A stretch of DNA of 64,000 bases from Phycisphaeraceae bacterium (GCA_029260655.1 JAJDCU010000034.1:64582-128581), one strand, 5' to 3'; shown: positions 7,078-16,243, counted from the first letter of the stretch. The notes: generated from the letters alone by a model not told the origin. A program made the numbers and translations.

Positions 7078-8667
7078 TCAGGCGCAGGCTTCCTCCAGTT
7101 CGGCGGGTTGCTCGGACTCGACACTGTTGGCCCGCACCAGGGCGGCAGCAGGGTGCGGCGGGACGGAGTTGCCGCAGAACTGGACCTGCTTGGTCTTTGT
7201 GAACCGGATACGACAACCGTCCGCATCGATGCCGTACTCGATCTCGTAGGCGTCGGGGAAGCCCTGGGCCCTGAACAACTCGCGGGGCTGGAGCATCCGC
7301 ATACCGATGTCGGTGATGATGTAGGGCTCGCCGTCCAGATGGACGGTGATCAGCGACAGCCGATCGTTGGTTGTGACCGTCGGCGAGGGGTCCCGCAGGT
7401 CTCGGCCGGTCTTGCCCGACCCACTACCGTAATACGGGGCCAGCAGCGCCGCGACCAGGCCCGCGTGGTTGCCACCGGCGGATACAGTCTTCATGGGCTG
7501 GCGAGGATCGCCGGCGCCGGCCTTCTTGTTCGACCCGTACAGATGTGTCAGGTGGGCCGCGACGAGTTGATTCTGTGTCCCCCGCGTCGTGGTCGTCGGC
7601 AGGGGCTTGCCGATGTCTCTGGCGGTCATCCCGCCGAAGTGGCGGGCCAGGAAGGCGGCGACCAGGGCGTGCTTCTGCGTCCCCACGATCGTCCCCATCG
7701 GCTTATGTAGACCGGGGACCCGTGGTGCCTGGCCAGGGCGCTCGCCGTAACCCGACTGGATCATCGTCGGCACGACAAGGCAATGCTCGGCCTTGGTTGT
7801 GATCGTGGTCAGCGGATCGTGGGTGCTGTTGGTATACCGCCCGTTCCCACCGGTCTGGCCGATGCGGACGATAAACGGCTCCTGAGCGTCGATGACGTGC
7901 CGTTTGATCCCATTGGCGATCCGCTTGAGCGTGTTGTCTGCCAGGGGTCGCTTGCGCTCGAAGATCGACGGGCATGGGATAGTAAAGTCGATGCACTCGG
8001 CGGCGGTGGGCCACGGCAGCAATCCGGGCCCGTGTGTCGGCTCGGGCCAGACAATGGGGCGGCCGTCACATCGCGCGACCAGGAATAGCCGCTTGCGGAT
8101 CGTCGGCGAGCCGTAGTCACAGGCCCGCAGCTCGCGGTGCTCGACGTTGTACCCCAGGCCCCGGAGCTGGTCGCAGAACTGATCGAACGTCTTGGCCTTG
8201 CGGTGCCGGCAGGGTCGGGGGTGTTTGTCGCGGCCACGCTTGCGGGTCAGCGGTCCCCACTTGGCGAACTCCTCGACGTTTTCGAGCGTGATCACGGTGG
8301 GCCTCACGGCAGCCGCCCATCGTGGCACGACCCAGGCCAGGTCCCGACGGCGCTTGTCACGGATCGGCTTGCCGCCGCGGGCCTTTGAGTGATAGGTGCA
8401 GTCCGGGCTGACATGCAGATGATTGACTGGCCTGCCGCCGGTCGCCTCGATCGGGTCCACGTCGAACACATCCTGGCAGACGTGCAGCGTGTGCGGGTGG
8501 TTCACCCGGTGCATGGCGACAGCGGCAGGGTCGTGGTTGACCGCAACGTCCACTGCCCGGCCTGTAGCCCACTCGATACCTAGCGACGCACCACCGCCGC
8601 CGGCGAACAGGTCCACCGTGATCGGCTCGTAGAGGCCGGTTGGGTTGTGCGTGGCGCGTGCGATCAT
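7078..8667 (-). CDS. dcm: DNA (cytosine-5)-methyltransferase
   Basis: The C5-MTase motifs appear in order: DLFAGGGGASLG (I), SPDCTYHSKA (IV, catalytic Cys), ENVEEF (VI), SPTIRKRLFLVA (VIII) and GNSVPP (X). Confidence 0.9.
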   Translation of the reverse strand: MIARATHNPTGLYEPITVDLFAGGGGASLGIEWATGRAVDVAVNHDPAAVAMHRVNHPHTLHVCQDVFDVDPIEATGGRPVNHLHVSPDCTYHSKARGGKPIRDKRRRDLAWVVPRWAAAVRPTVITLENVEEFAKWGPLTRKRGRDKHPRPCRHRKAKTFDQFCDQLRGLGYNVEHRELRACDYGSPTIRKRLFLVARCDGRPIVWPEPTHGPGLLPWPTAAECIDFTIPCPSIFERKRPLADNTLKRIANGIKRHVIDAQEPFIVRIGQTGGNGRYTNSTHDPLTTITTKAEHCLVVPTMIQSGYGERPGQAPRVPGLHKPMGTIVGTQKHALVAAFLARHFGGMTARDIGKPLPTTTTRGTQNQLVAAHLTHLYGSNKKAGAGDPRQPMKTVSAGGNHAGLVAALLAPYYGSGSGKTGRDLRDPSPTVTTNDRLSLITVHLDGEPYIITDIGMRMLQPRELFRAQGFPDAYEIEYGIDADGCRIRFTKTKQVQFCGNSVPPHPAAALVRANSVESEQPAELEEACA

Positions 8668-8706
8668 GGTTTCCTCTATGTGTTCAAGCCTGGATAGTTC
8701 CGATTC

Positions 8707-9822
8707 TCAAGCGGGCTGGGTTGACAGTTGACTGTTAATAGTTGGGTATTCGTCCCAGGTTCGGCCGTCAAGCGTTCGGCCGGCCTCTTTCTTGCCGCAC
8801 CGGAACATGCAGCCAACCGGGCCAGGCGATGGCCGCTTGATTGACCTGCACGCATTTGGTTTGTCACACAAGCAGTCAGGAGCCCACGCCCCCCACTGCT
8901 TGAAGAAGTACGGCACACCAGCGGCTACGCACTGGTCGCGGAGTTTGCGGGGCCAGTCAGGGTGCATTGGCTTAGCACCGGCCCCGCTCTCGCCACCGAC
9001 GACGATCCAATCGAGACCCGGCCACGGACCACGAGCGGCTTCTGGGTTTCCGTGGAACATGCAGCCGATTTGATGCCCATACTCGGGCTCATAGCAGGTG
9101 CATTCACGCGGGTCGATGAGCCACTGATCCTTTAAGATCACCGGCCCCAGCAGGGGCTCCATCGACAGCCAGCGCACCGCCGCCGGGCACCGCAGCAGGT
9201 GGGGTATCCGCTCGTCCGCCGTCTTCTGGTCCTCTACGCTCGTGCCCAGCCAGACGTTGGGGAGGGGCCAAGACATCTGTTCACGGAGAACTTCGCCAGC
9301 GGTCATGTCTAAGGGGCCGTCCTGTGTCCGAAACTCCATCGTAGGGGCCGAGAACCCAAGATGATCGGCGATGTCTTCCCGCGAACCCGCCGCATCCAGT
9401 GTTCCCATATACTCAGCCATTCTTTCGGGCCTTTTACTGAGGCATTGAAACGTGTGCTGCGGGCACAGGGCCATCACCGCGAATACCTTGTCGATGAACT
9501 CAAACGGCACATCCTTGTGGAACAGGTCGGACATGCTGTTGACGAATACCCGGCGGGGTTTCTTCCAGTGAAGGGGCTCGGCCAAGGCTTCCTCGACCAG
9601 ATTGACCGTTCCGTTCCAGCGGCCGTTCTTGTCCAGCACGTTCAGGTAGTGACGCTTCTTGCCTGGGTTCCGCCCAGCGTCGATGTCGGCTTGCGCCATG
9701 GCCCCCAGCCGCTTCGCCATCGTCTCGGCGTAGCAATGCTCACAGCCGGCAGAGACCCGCGTACAGCCGACCAGGGGATTCCAGGTGGTCTCGGTCCACT
9801 CGATGGATGATTGGTTGCTCAT
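8707..9822 (-). CDS. Phage Gp37/Gp68 family protein (DUF5131)
   Basis: The N-terminus IEWTETTWNPLVGCTRVSAGCEHCYAE is the family signature. Confidence 0.85.
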   Translation of the reverse strand: MSNQSSIEWTETTWNPLVGCTRVSAGCEHCYAETMAKRLGAMAQADIDAGRNPGKKRHYLNVLDKNGRWNGTVNLVEEALAEPLHWKKPRRVFVNSMSDLFHKDVPFEFIDKVFAVMALCPQHTFQCLSKRPERMAEYMGTLDAAGSREDIADHLGFSAPTMEFRTQDGPLDMTAGEVLREQMSWPLPNVWLGTSVEDQKTADERIPHLLRCPAAVRWLSMEPLLGPVILKDQWLIDPRECTCYEPEYGHQIGCMFHGNPEAARGPWPGLDWIVVGGESGAGAKPMHPDWPRKLRDQCVAAGVPYFFKQWGAWAPDCLCDKPNACRSIKRPSPGPVGCMFRCGKKEAGRTLDGRTWDEYPTINSQLSTQPA

Positions 9823-9857
9823 GTTCTCTCCAGTCGTGCAGTCAAACAGGCTTAGAG

Positions 9858-10139
9858 TCAGACCGGTTCATAGGTTCTCTCGAAGATTGAAGGCTTGCAG
9901 GGATACCACTCGCCATTGACGCCATATATGCACCAGTCGTTTGGGCTGATCTTCATGTCGCCTTCGAGTGTTCGGATATACCAGTTGGCGGGCTTGCCGG
10001 TGAGTATCTCCCACCACGTTCTACGCTCCACCAGATATTTACTATTAACCGGTGGAAGCGGTATCCAATGACACCCATCAAGCATCGGATTCCATTGTTC
10101 GGCATGGATTGTGACGGGCAGTTTTCGGTATCTCGGCAT
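9858..10139 (-). CDS. Small conserved phage protein of unknown function
   Basis: The pattern KLPVTIHAEQW...TLEGDMKISPNDWCIYGVNGEWYPCKPSIFERTYEP resembles a widespread small phage protein family. I recognised it by eye only. Confidence 0.5.
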   Translation of the reverse strand: MPRYRKLPVTIHAEQWNPMLDGCHWIPLPPVNSKYLVERRTWWEILTGKPANWYIRTLEGDMKISPNDWCIYGVNGEWYPCKPSIFERTYEPV

Positions 10140-10175
10140 GGTGTTCCTTTGGGTGGAAGCTAAGTACGCTTGGGG

Positions 10176-10526
10176 TCATTCGCTACGATCTGAGGGCTCG
10201 ACCCCGGCCTCCCCACACTCGCCACACAACGATCCTGGGAAACACACGCCGCCCCATCCGCACTTGGGGCAATCGCAGTAATACTGTCCATCGTGGGACT
10301 CGTCCCGTTTCTCGATCTCTTCCAGAGCCAGTGTATGAAGCTGGTCAACGTCACGGCGCGTGTGCTTAGCGCGCCGGTATTTGACCAAGAGCCACACCCA
10401 AAACAAACCGGCCGCGAAATACTCTTGCCGATAGCGGAGTATCATATTTATTGCCAGTCCACCGATTGCAAATATCGCCAGAATCAGGCAGGCCGAGCCG
10501 AGTGCAGTAACTATTGTGTCGTACAT
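10176..10526 (-). CDS. Membrane protein with a C-terminal Cys-rich zinc-ribbon-like tail
   Basis: It has two hydrophobic helices followed by CDCPKCGWGGVCFPGSLCGEC. Confidence 0.5.
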   Translation of the reverse strand: MYDTIVTALGSACLILAIFAIGGLAINMILRYRQEYFAAGLFWVWLLVKYRRAKHTRRDVDQLHTLALEEIEKRDESHDGQYYCDCPKCGWGGVCFPGSLCGECGEAGVEPSDRSE

Positions 10527-10592
10527 GATGTTCCTCTCTGACTCTCAGCCTCAACGGCTGCGGTTGAATGTCGTCCGGGTTGGCTTACGGTC

Positions 10593-10826
10593 TTAGGCGT
10601 TGGTTGATTTTTTGGTAACGTTGTCACAGTGACAATCGGGCTTGTCCACGAACACCGCGATTGGCGCGCCATCCTTGCCGCCCCACCAGTCTTTCGCAGC
10701 AGCCTCTACCTCTGCCGTGAGTGGCCTGCTGCAATCAGCGGCCTTCGCGCAATCCGCGTGGTGTTTGCAGAATGTCATATCTCGATAACAGATCATTACG
10801 GCCCCTTCCTTGAGCGTAAGCGTCAT
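10593..10826 (-). CDS. Small Cys-rich protein
   Basis: 77-aa ORF with several Cys/His residues (CYRDMTFCKHHADC...CHC). Confidence 0.45.
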   Translation of the reverse strand: MTLTLKEGAVMICYRDMTFCKHHADCAKAADCSRPLTAEVEAAAKDWWGGKDGAPIAVFVDKPDCHCDNVTKKSTNA

Positions 10827-10829
10827 GGG

Positions 10830-11006
10830 CTATCGGTCTTGGTCGGCGTGGTCGTTTATCTTGGAAGCCAGGCCTCTAGCTTGGGCCGGGGTCAGGGCCA
10901 GGATCACTCTGTCATCAATCATCAAAGCGTGATCCAAGTCGATCGTCAGGACGACCTGGCCTTCTTCGGTGCGAACGTCTGGGGTTGGATCGGGTTCACT
11001 CATCAT
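10830..11006 (-). CDS. Hypothetical 58-aa acidic protein (below the ORF-track size cutoff)
   Basis: By hand translation this reads MMSEPDPTPDVRTEEGQVVLTIDLDHALMIDDRVILALTPAQARGLASKINDHADQDR. It fills an otherwise empty gap between two minus-strand genes. Confidence 0.3.
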   Translation of the reverse strand: MMSEPDPTPDVRTEEGQVVLTIDLDHALMIDDRVILALTPAQARGLASKINDHADQDR

Positions 11007-11042
11007 GTTCTCCTTGGGCGTAAGCGTTGGTGGCTGCGATGC

Positions 11043-11684
11043 TCAGGCCGCGTGGTGCTTGTCCAGGATGCGCTTGGCTTCCTGTAGCCGTTGGAAGTCC
11101 TCGGTGTACTCGTCCCCGTTGGTGTCTGGGTGGCAGGCCTTCACCGCACGGCGGTAGCAAGTGCGGTACTCGGCGGCGCTATTCCTGATCTCTTGTGGGT
11201 CGCCACCGCCGATGCGTCTTACGACAGCGCTGGCGATGTCTACCGTCATGGCGACCTCGGTGGCAGACCCGCCGGGCAGTGCCTTCCAGCCCGTGTACTG
11301 CTGGTTGCGCCGAGTCGCCCCGTACCGGGTCTGGGCCCGCTGTGCTTCCAGCGTCTTGGCGATCGCCCGGATGTTGTCCTGGTGGTCGCTGAATGTGTCG
11401 CATGGGTACTGCACGGGCCCCACGTCCGTCAGCTCGAAGCTCAGGCGGACCCGGGGGCTGTTGTATCGAGCGTTGGCGCGGGGCAGGCCATCGATTCGGA
11501 TGTCACCTTCGGTCAGGTCCATCTCGATCACGGCCTGACGGACGTTGAGGTGGCGTAGCTCTCTGCGGAGCAGCTCCAGGGTGTCCCGGTACGGAGCGCG
11601 GAACCGGCAGCTTTTGTAGCTCGGCCGGCCATCGCCTTGCCAGGTCGCGTGGTCCAGGGGTCGGAATGTGAAATCTACGCTCAT
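11043..11684 (-). CDS. Phage protein with a C-terminal J (DnaJ) domain
   Basis: The C-terminal AEYRTCYRRAVKACHPDTNGDEYTEDFQRLQEAKRILD contains the HPD tripeptide in a J-domain context. Confidence 0.7.
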   Translation of the reverse strand: MSVDFTFRPLDHATWQGDGRPSYKSCRFRAPYRDTLELLRRELRHLNVRQAVIEMDLTEGDIRIDGLPRANARYNSPRVRLSFELTDVGPVQYPCDTFSDHQDNIRAIAKTLEAQRAQTRYGATRRNQQYTGWKALPGGSATEVAMTVDIASAVVRRIGGGDPQEIRNSAAEYRTCYRRAVKACHPDTNGDEYTEDFQRLQEAKRILDKHHAA

Positions 11685-11721
11685 GGGTTCCTCTTTCTGT
11701 CGTGCAGCTTCGATGACTGTG

Positions 11722-12207
11722 CTACTGGTTGCTAATTAGCTCTCTCATGCGGGCATAGAGTTTCGGCGCTCTCCCCGTTGGCATTTCTTCGTCGTAGAGT
11801 CTTTCTAGTTCCCCCCATGCGGCGATAAGTCTGGACCACACAGGCCCAACCGTTTGGGGGTTGGGCGGGGTGTGTTCCATCGCTTCCCGCAAAGGGATTG
11901 CATCTAGCATCCTGAAACAGCGCCCTATATCGGCGGGGTCGTGGGGGTGCGGGCGATCGTCGGGCGTGAGCCCTCGTAGCACGCCGCACAAGTAGCGGCT
12001 GGATTGTCCGACATCATCACTGGCAAGCCACGCCTCGACGCCCATACCGGGCGTAGCACCGACGCTCTCACGGGCGTACTCGGCCACGATCTCGTCTGCG
12101 GCGCGAATACAGGCGTTGACATACCGGCTTTCGGCGTCCTTAAAGCCCTGCCGATCAAGCTCTTTCAGAATCGCCCCTAACAGTTCTATCTGATTAACCG
12201 GCTTCAT
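11722..12207 (-). CDS. Hypothetical phage protein
   Basis: ORF track 11722..12258. I preferred the internal ATG at 12207 (MKPVNQIELLG). Confidence 0.45.
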   Translation of the reverse strand: MKPVNQIELLGAILKELDRQGFKDAESRYVNACIRAADEIVAEYARESVGATPGMGVEAWLASDDVGQSSRYLCGVLRGLTPDDRPHPHDPADIGRCFRMLDAIPLREAMEHTPPNPQTVGPVWSRLIAAWGELERLYDEEMPTGRAPKLYARMRELISNQ

Positions 12208-12320
12208 ATGCTGGCCCTTTGAGGAATTGCTGCTGACTGTAAAGTTTGCTTCAAGCATGGGGTTTCAGTCGTTCAGCCTTGATCGCTTACATTCACTTCA
12301 AGCTTTGGTCGCTGCGTAGG

Positions 12321-12809
12321 TCAGGCGGTTGCCGCTTGCTCTTTCGGATTGCTGACAATCACGGGGTTGGTTGGATAATGCTTGCGCACTATCTCTGCGG
12401 TTTCGGACAGCGCCTTCTTGCGCGCGGCGGCGTAGGCGGCGTCGTAGGCGGCGGCGGCGGCGTAGGCGTTGGCGGCGTTGGCGGCGTTGGCGGCTCGTAC
12501 ATCGTCGAGCGTGACACCGCTGTCGCCATTGGCCCATCTCTCGGCCGTTTCTATAGCCTTGAGCGGTCGATCCTCGCCGTCTGGAACGTGCTTCAAAGCA
12601 AGCCTTGCACACTCACAGGCGCACAACACCAGAGCCCGCCTGGAATCTGATTCGGAATCACCGGATAACCTGCCGGCCAGCCACAGCATCCAGTCTCCTC
12701 GCTCGCACTTGTCCCATGCTTCCTGGGCCCCATAGGGTTTCGACCACTCAACGGCTTCTGAACATGCGTTGATCGACCTCAAGTGCTTGCGGTATTCAGT
12801 TGTGTTCAT
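12321..12809 (-). CDS. Helical protein with an Ala-rich AANAANAANAYAAAAAYDAAYAAA repeat (resembles Imm5-type immunity-domain proteins)
   Basis: I chose the internal ATG at 12809 (MNTTEYRK). The tandem GGCGGCGTT units at about 12470-12495 encode the repeat. The family call is by eye. Confidence 0.5.
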   Translation of the reverse strand: MNTTEYRKHLRSINACSEAVEWSKPYGAQEAWDKCERGDWMLWLAGRLSGDSESDSRRALVLCACECARLALKHVPDGEDRPLKAIETAERWANGDSGVTLDDVRAANAANAANAYAAAAAYDAAYAAARKKALSETAEIVRKHYPTNPVIVSNPKEQAATA

Positions 12810-12891
12810 TGTGTTTCCTCGTTTCTGGTTAGTCGTTAAGCCCCTGCCGCTGTGATTCAATCAACGCTTGCCTGGCTGGCGATCTCGGCAG

Positions 12892-13932
12892 CTACCCGGA
12901 CTTGCGGGCCAGAGCGATCGCGGCCTTGTCGTTGCGCTCCGCGTAGACCTGTGTGACGTCCGCGTTCTTATGACCGAGTAACGCCTGCACACCGTCCAGG
13001 CTCCCGGACTCTTCCCGGAAACGTGTGGCGGCCGAGTGGCGGATACGGTTCGGCGACCAGTGTTTCAGGCCGTGCAGTCTGTTGGTCCGTGCGATCGCCT
13101 GCGCGTAGCTGCCCGTGCTCATCGGGCCGGTCTCTTCGATGCCCAGGCGGTTCAATTGATTGGACCGGCCGGCAAACAACACGTCGTCCTGGCACTGGAC
13201 CCACCAGGGCAGCAGCACCGCCTGGGCCCTGGGGCCGATCGGTATCCGCCGGTCGTGGTCGTGGTGCTCCGTCTTGTGCTCGGGCGGCGTGAAGATCCAC
13301 ACATCACCCTCGCGGTCCACCGCAGACTTACGCATGATGACCAACTCGCCGGGCCGGCACCCCAGGTGCCAGTGAAGCTCGATCATCACGGCGAGCTTTT
13401 CGCAGGCCGTGCGGTGGCGCGGGTGCCGGCAGAGTTGCATCCTGCCCCTGATGGCCGCGATCGTGGCGGACACCTCGTCCCAGGGAACCGGCATCACACG
13501 CGGGGTCTCCTTCGCCGAGGTTCGGCCACGCTTCAGCGACGACAGGACCGCCAACCGGTGGGGCTGGTCATCGGGGGCCAGCTCATACTCAGCCGCCCAC
13601 TTAATCATCCGCTTGATGCGGTTGATGCGGGCGTTGACCGTGGTCCTGGCAACCGGGTTGATCGCCTCTGCCCTGCCGGCCTGGTCAACACCGGTGGCCA
13701 TGTAATCCTGAAGATGGCGCAGGTGCCTCACCCGCAGATCGGCGGCGGGCAGATCACCGTAGAGCGTGATCAGTGACCGGTGGGAGTCGCGTACGTTCTG
13801 GGCTTCGCCGGTCGGACGCTGGCTGATCGGCTTGCGGTAGTAGGTGTCCGACCGCGTCTGATACTGTTCACAGAGTTGGCGAATCGATAGGCTCATCCGT
13901 GGGGTTCCCTTTGTTCTAAGTACATTTGTCAC
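12892..13932 (-). CDS. Tyrosine recombinase/integrase (internal copy)
   Basis: The C-terminal catalytic region is NRIRHSAATRF...ALLGHKNADVTQVYAE (R, H-x-x-R, Y). The GTG at 13932 overlaps the upstream stop as GTGA. An alternative ATG lies at 13896. Confidence 0.85.
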   Translation of the reverse strand: MTNVLRTKGTPRMSLSIRQLCEQYQTRSDTYYRKPISQRPTGEAQNVRDSHRSLITLYGDLPAADLRVRHLRHLQDYMATGVDQAGRAEAINPVARTTVNARINRIKRMIKWAAEYELAPDDQPHRLAVLSSLKRGRTSAKETPRVMPVPWDEVSATIAAIRGRMQLCRHPRHRTACEKLAVMIELHWHLGCRPGELVIMRKSAVDREGDVWIFTPPEHKTEHHDHDRRIPIGPRAQAVLLPWWVQCQDDVLFAGRSNQLNRLGIEETGPMSTGSYAQAIARTNRLHGLKHWSPNRIRHSAATRFREESGSLDGVQALLGHKNADVTQVYAERNDKAAIALARKSG

Positions 13933-14372
13933 GCAGACCTCCTCCTCTTTGCGGCCTTCTCGGCGACCTCTTTGGCGGCGGCAGCGACTTCGAATTGCGT
14001 AGCGAACTGACGGGCAATCAACACCGATGCGGGTGTGCGCCGTGGCGTCTTCCGCTTGACCTTCTCACCGTCCTCATCCAGCTTGGGGATCAATTCGAGT
14101 TCGTTCACCAGATCGTTGATCCGTGCGCAGTAGGTGCCCGATGCCATGCCCAGAAGCAACTCACAATCAGCCCGGATGATGCCCCGGCCCCCCCGGCGTA
14201 TCGCCAGGTTCATGATCGCGTTGCGATCCTTGGCGACCTTGTTAAACGTCTGGGCGTTCGCGGCCTTCATACTCGTCTCGGTGCGGTTGTGAGGCAGCGG
14301 CTTCTCAGGGATGTACCGGTGACCGTCCGGCGGGGTCATGTTGAAAAGGTTGTCATTCATCGCCACCGCCAC
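13929..14372 (-). CDS. Hypothetical winged-helix-like protein
   Basis: 147-aa ORF that overlaps both neighbouring genes, consistent with an operon. It has a basic C-terminus. Confidence 0.45.
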   Translation of the reverse strand: MAVAMNDNLFNMTPPDGHRYIPEKPLPHNRTETSMKAANAQTFNKVAKDRNAIMNLAIRRGGRGIIRADCELLLGMASGTYCARINDLVNELELIPKLDEDGEKVKRKTPRRTPASVLIARQFATQFEVAAAAKEVAEKAAKRRRSA

Positions 14373-15432
14373 GCTTGGACGCCTCGGCCAGGATCAGGCC
14401 GCGCATCATGGGGTGGTTGTTGGAAAGTCTTTCGTGGAAGGCACTGGACCGACCAGACAGACCTAGAAGCGACGAGGTGCGAAGCTCGTTCTTGACGTCA
14501 TCCGATAGCGAGGCCCATGTCTGATCTTCCGCCTGCTTGACAGCTTGGTCGTGGTCGCGCTGGGCCTTGGCCTGATCCGCACGCTTCTGGGTGGCGGCCT
14601 CGATGCGGGTCTTGGCGACCTCACGTCGCCGAAGCGCGACGACTCGATCGTCGAGGCTGTAACGACCCTCGCGGCACTGAGCGCGGACGAACCCGTATAG
14701 GTCTCGGATACGATCGCTCTGACCACGCTCGGCGGCTTGCTGCTTGGCCCTGACGTTGGCGGCGAGGTTTTCCGCCTGCTGCGGTGTGGGCCGGTACTCG
14801 GTGACCAGCCCACGGGCTCGCCTCGCCTCGATCCCCAGAGAAATCAATGCCGCCGCCGCCTCCCGCTCAACCGGCGGCGGGCCGTCCCACAGGCCTCGAT
14901 CGGACGTCGAAGCGGCGGCAGCTTCCCTGGTTTCTTGTTTGGCTTCTTTCCCCGCACGTAGCTGCGGGGTAGAGCGCACGTGCGTGCGGGATGTAGCGCA
15001 CGTGGCTGCGGGATAACCGCGCACGTAGCTGCGGGGTAGGGCGCACCGATTGGGTGGCATCGTCATCCGGTAGACACTGGACTGGTACCACCCGCCACGC
15101 CTGACGAGCTCGACCAGGGCTGGCCGATAGGGTGTTCCGCCGAGGTCTTCCCAGCCGTCACGTTCCGGGTCTCGCTGCACGGCGGCGAGCGAGGTCCGAG
15201 CGGTCTCCACAGCGCGGCGACCGTAGCCCGACTCCAGCATCAGCGTATCGATCGAGGGCCAGGTCCGGCCGGTCTGAGGGTCGGCGTGGGCATACAGCGC
15301 CGACAGGACCGACTTTTCGGCGGGTTTGAGCAGGGACCACCAGCCGCCCTTGACGAGGTCCCACCAGTACCCCAGCGCATCGTATTGCGGCGCGGTGTCC
15401 AGTTGGGTGTAGCGGAGGGCTTGGGCTGGCAT
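14353..15432 (-). CDS. Replication-initiator-like HTH protein that contains an internal iteron array
   Basis: The N-terminal LSALYAHADPQTGRTWPSIDTLMLESGYGRRAVETARTSL resembles the HTH of phage and plasmid replication proteins. Four direct repeats of about 22 bp lie inside the ORF. Confidence 0.5.
   Translation of the reverse strand: MPAQALRYTQLDTAPQYDALGYWWDLVKGGWWSLLKPAEKSVLSALYAHADPQTGRTWPSIDTLMLESGYGRRAVETARTSLAAVQRDPERDGWEDLGGTPYRPALVELVRRGGWYQSSVYRMTMPPNRCALPRSYVRGYPAATCATSRTHVRSTPQLRAGKEAKQETREAAAASTSDRGLWDGPPPVEREAAAALISLGIEARRARGLVTEYRPTPQQAENLAANVRAKQQAAERGQSDRIRDLYGFVRAQCREGRYSLDDRVVALRRREVAKTRIEAATQKRADQAKAQRDHDQAVKQAEDQTWASLSDDVKNELRTSSLLGLSGRSSAFHERLSNNHPMMRGLILAEASKRGGGDE
14953..15039 (-). 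repeat. Four direct iterons, consensus (minus strand) TAYCCCGCAGCYACGTGCG, spaced about 22-23 bp apart
   Basis: The units lie at 15038-15020, 15015-14997, 14994-14975 (degenerate) and 14971-14953. The first and last share an identical 20-mer, CTACCCCGCAGCTACGTGCG. Confidence 0.7.
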
Positions 15433-15437
15433 GGGGA

Positions 15438-15650
15438 TTAGGCGTCCTCATCGCCGGCCGGGTGACCTTGACGGACGAGTTCGGCCTTGGCCTGCCGCAC
15501 GTACTCTTCGTGAATGCTCAGAGCGAAGGTGTGGGCCGCACCCAAAGCCTTCGCTACAGCCCTCGACCATTTGACGCACGCGGTCAGACGTCTCGACCGT
15601 TCGTCAGCCTCGGTCTTCGTTTGTTCATCGGACAACTCTTCGTCTGTCAT
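15438..15650 (-). CDS. Hypothetical small protein
   Basis: 70-aa helical, charged ORF in the phage strand run. Confidence 0.4.
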   Translation of the reverse strand: MTDEELSDEQTKTEADERSRRLTACVKWSRAVAKALGAAHTFALSIHEEYVRQAKAELVRQGHPAGDEDA

Positions 15651-15687
15651 CGTCGTCTCCTGGGCGTGTGCGCAGTTTGTGTGTGTG

Positions 15688-15936
15688 TTACGGGTGGAGT
15701 TTCAGCGGGGAAGCAACTTCGCCATCGGATTCCGCCTCGATCTCCAGGGTGATCCGGTTCAGCAGCTCACCTATCGACGCGAGACGGTCGCGCATCGACT
15801 TGGCGACCTTGATCCTGCGGTGGTGTTGCTCAAGGCCCACGTCCTGGGACCGGCCGCTGAGGCTATTCCACAGTCGGGTGGCGTCCTGGCAGAGCTCCCA
15901 GGCTTCCTTGCGTGCGGTTTCGGTGGTCGTGGCCAT
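15688..15936 (-). CDS. Hypothetical small protein
   Basis: I chose the internal ATG at 15936 (MATTTETARKEAW...), giving 82 aa. Confidence 0.35.
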   Translation of the reverse strand: MATTTETARKEAWELCQDATRLWNSLSGRSQDVGLEQHHRRIKVAKSMRDRLASIGELLNRITLEIEAESDGEVASPLKLHP

Positions 15937-16027
15937 GAGCGTGCATCCGTGCCCCCCGGATAGAGGGTTTTTGTAAAACGGGCCCGGGCCGGCGTTAACC
16001 GGTCGGCCCGTAGGAGGAGGGAGGGAC

Positions 16028-16189
16028 TCAGTGTTGGACGACCTCTTCGACGGGCGAGGCACCGGGCAGTAACTTGGCAATCACCGCGTCTGTGGCCAAC
16101 TCGTCCGCGTCCGGGTCGTCGTAGTCCCCGGCGTCGATGCGTTCACGTGCGAGCTCGGCGATGCCCTGTGTAAGCGTGTCTTCGTTCAT
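16028..16189 (-). CDS. Hypothetical small acidic protein
   Basis: I chose the internal ATG at 16189 (MNEDTLTQGIAELA...). Confidence 0.35.
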   Translation of the reverse strand: MNEDTLTQGIAELARERIDAGDYDDPDADELATDAVIAKLLPGASPVEEVVQH

Positions 16190-16243
16190 GGCGAATCCTT
16201 TCGCGGTGGTAATGCCCACGCGGCGGGCGTGGGCGGGTGATGA

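Noticed and set aside
12420-12500. Short tandem GC-rich repeats (GGCGGCGTT/GGCGGCGTAG units).
   Set aside because: These are not a CRISPR array or a regulatory array. They lie in-frame inside 12321..12809 and encode the Ala/Asn/Tyr-rich peptide repeat.
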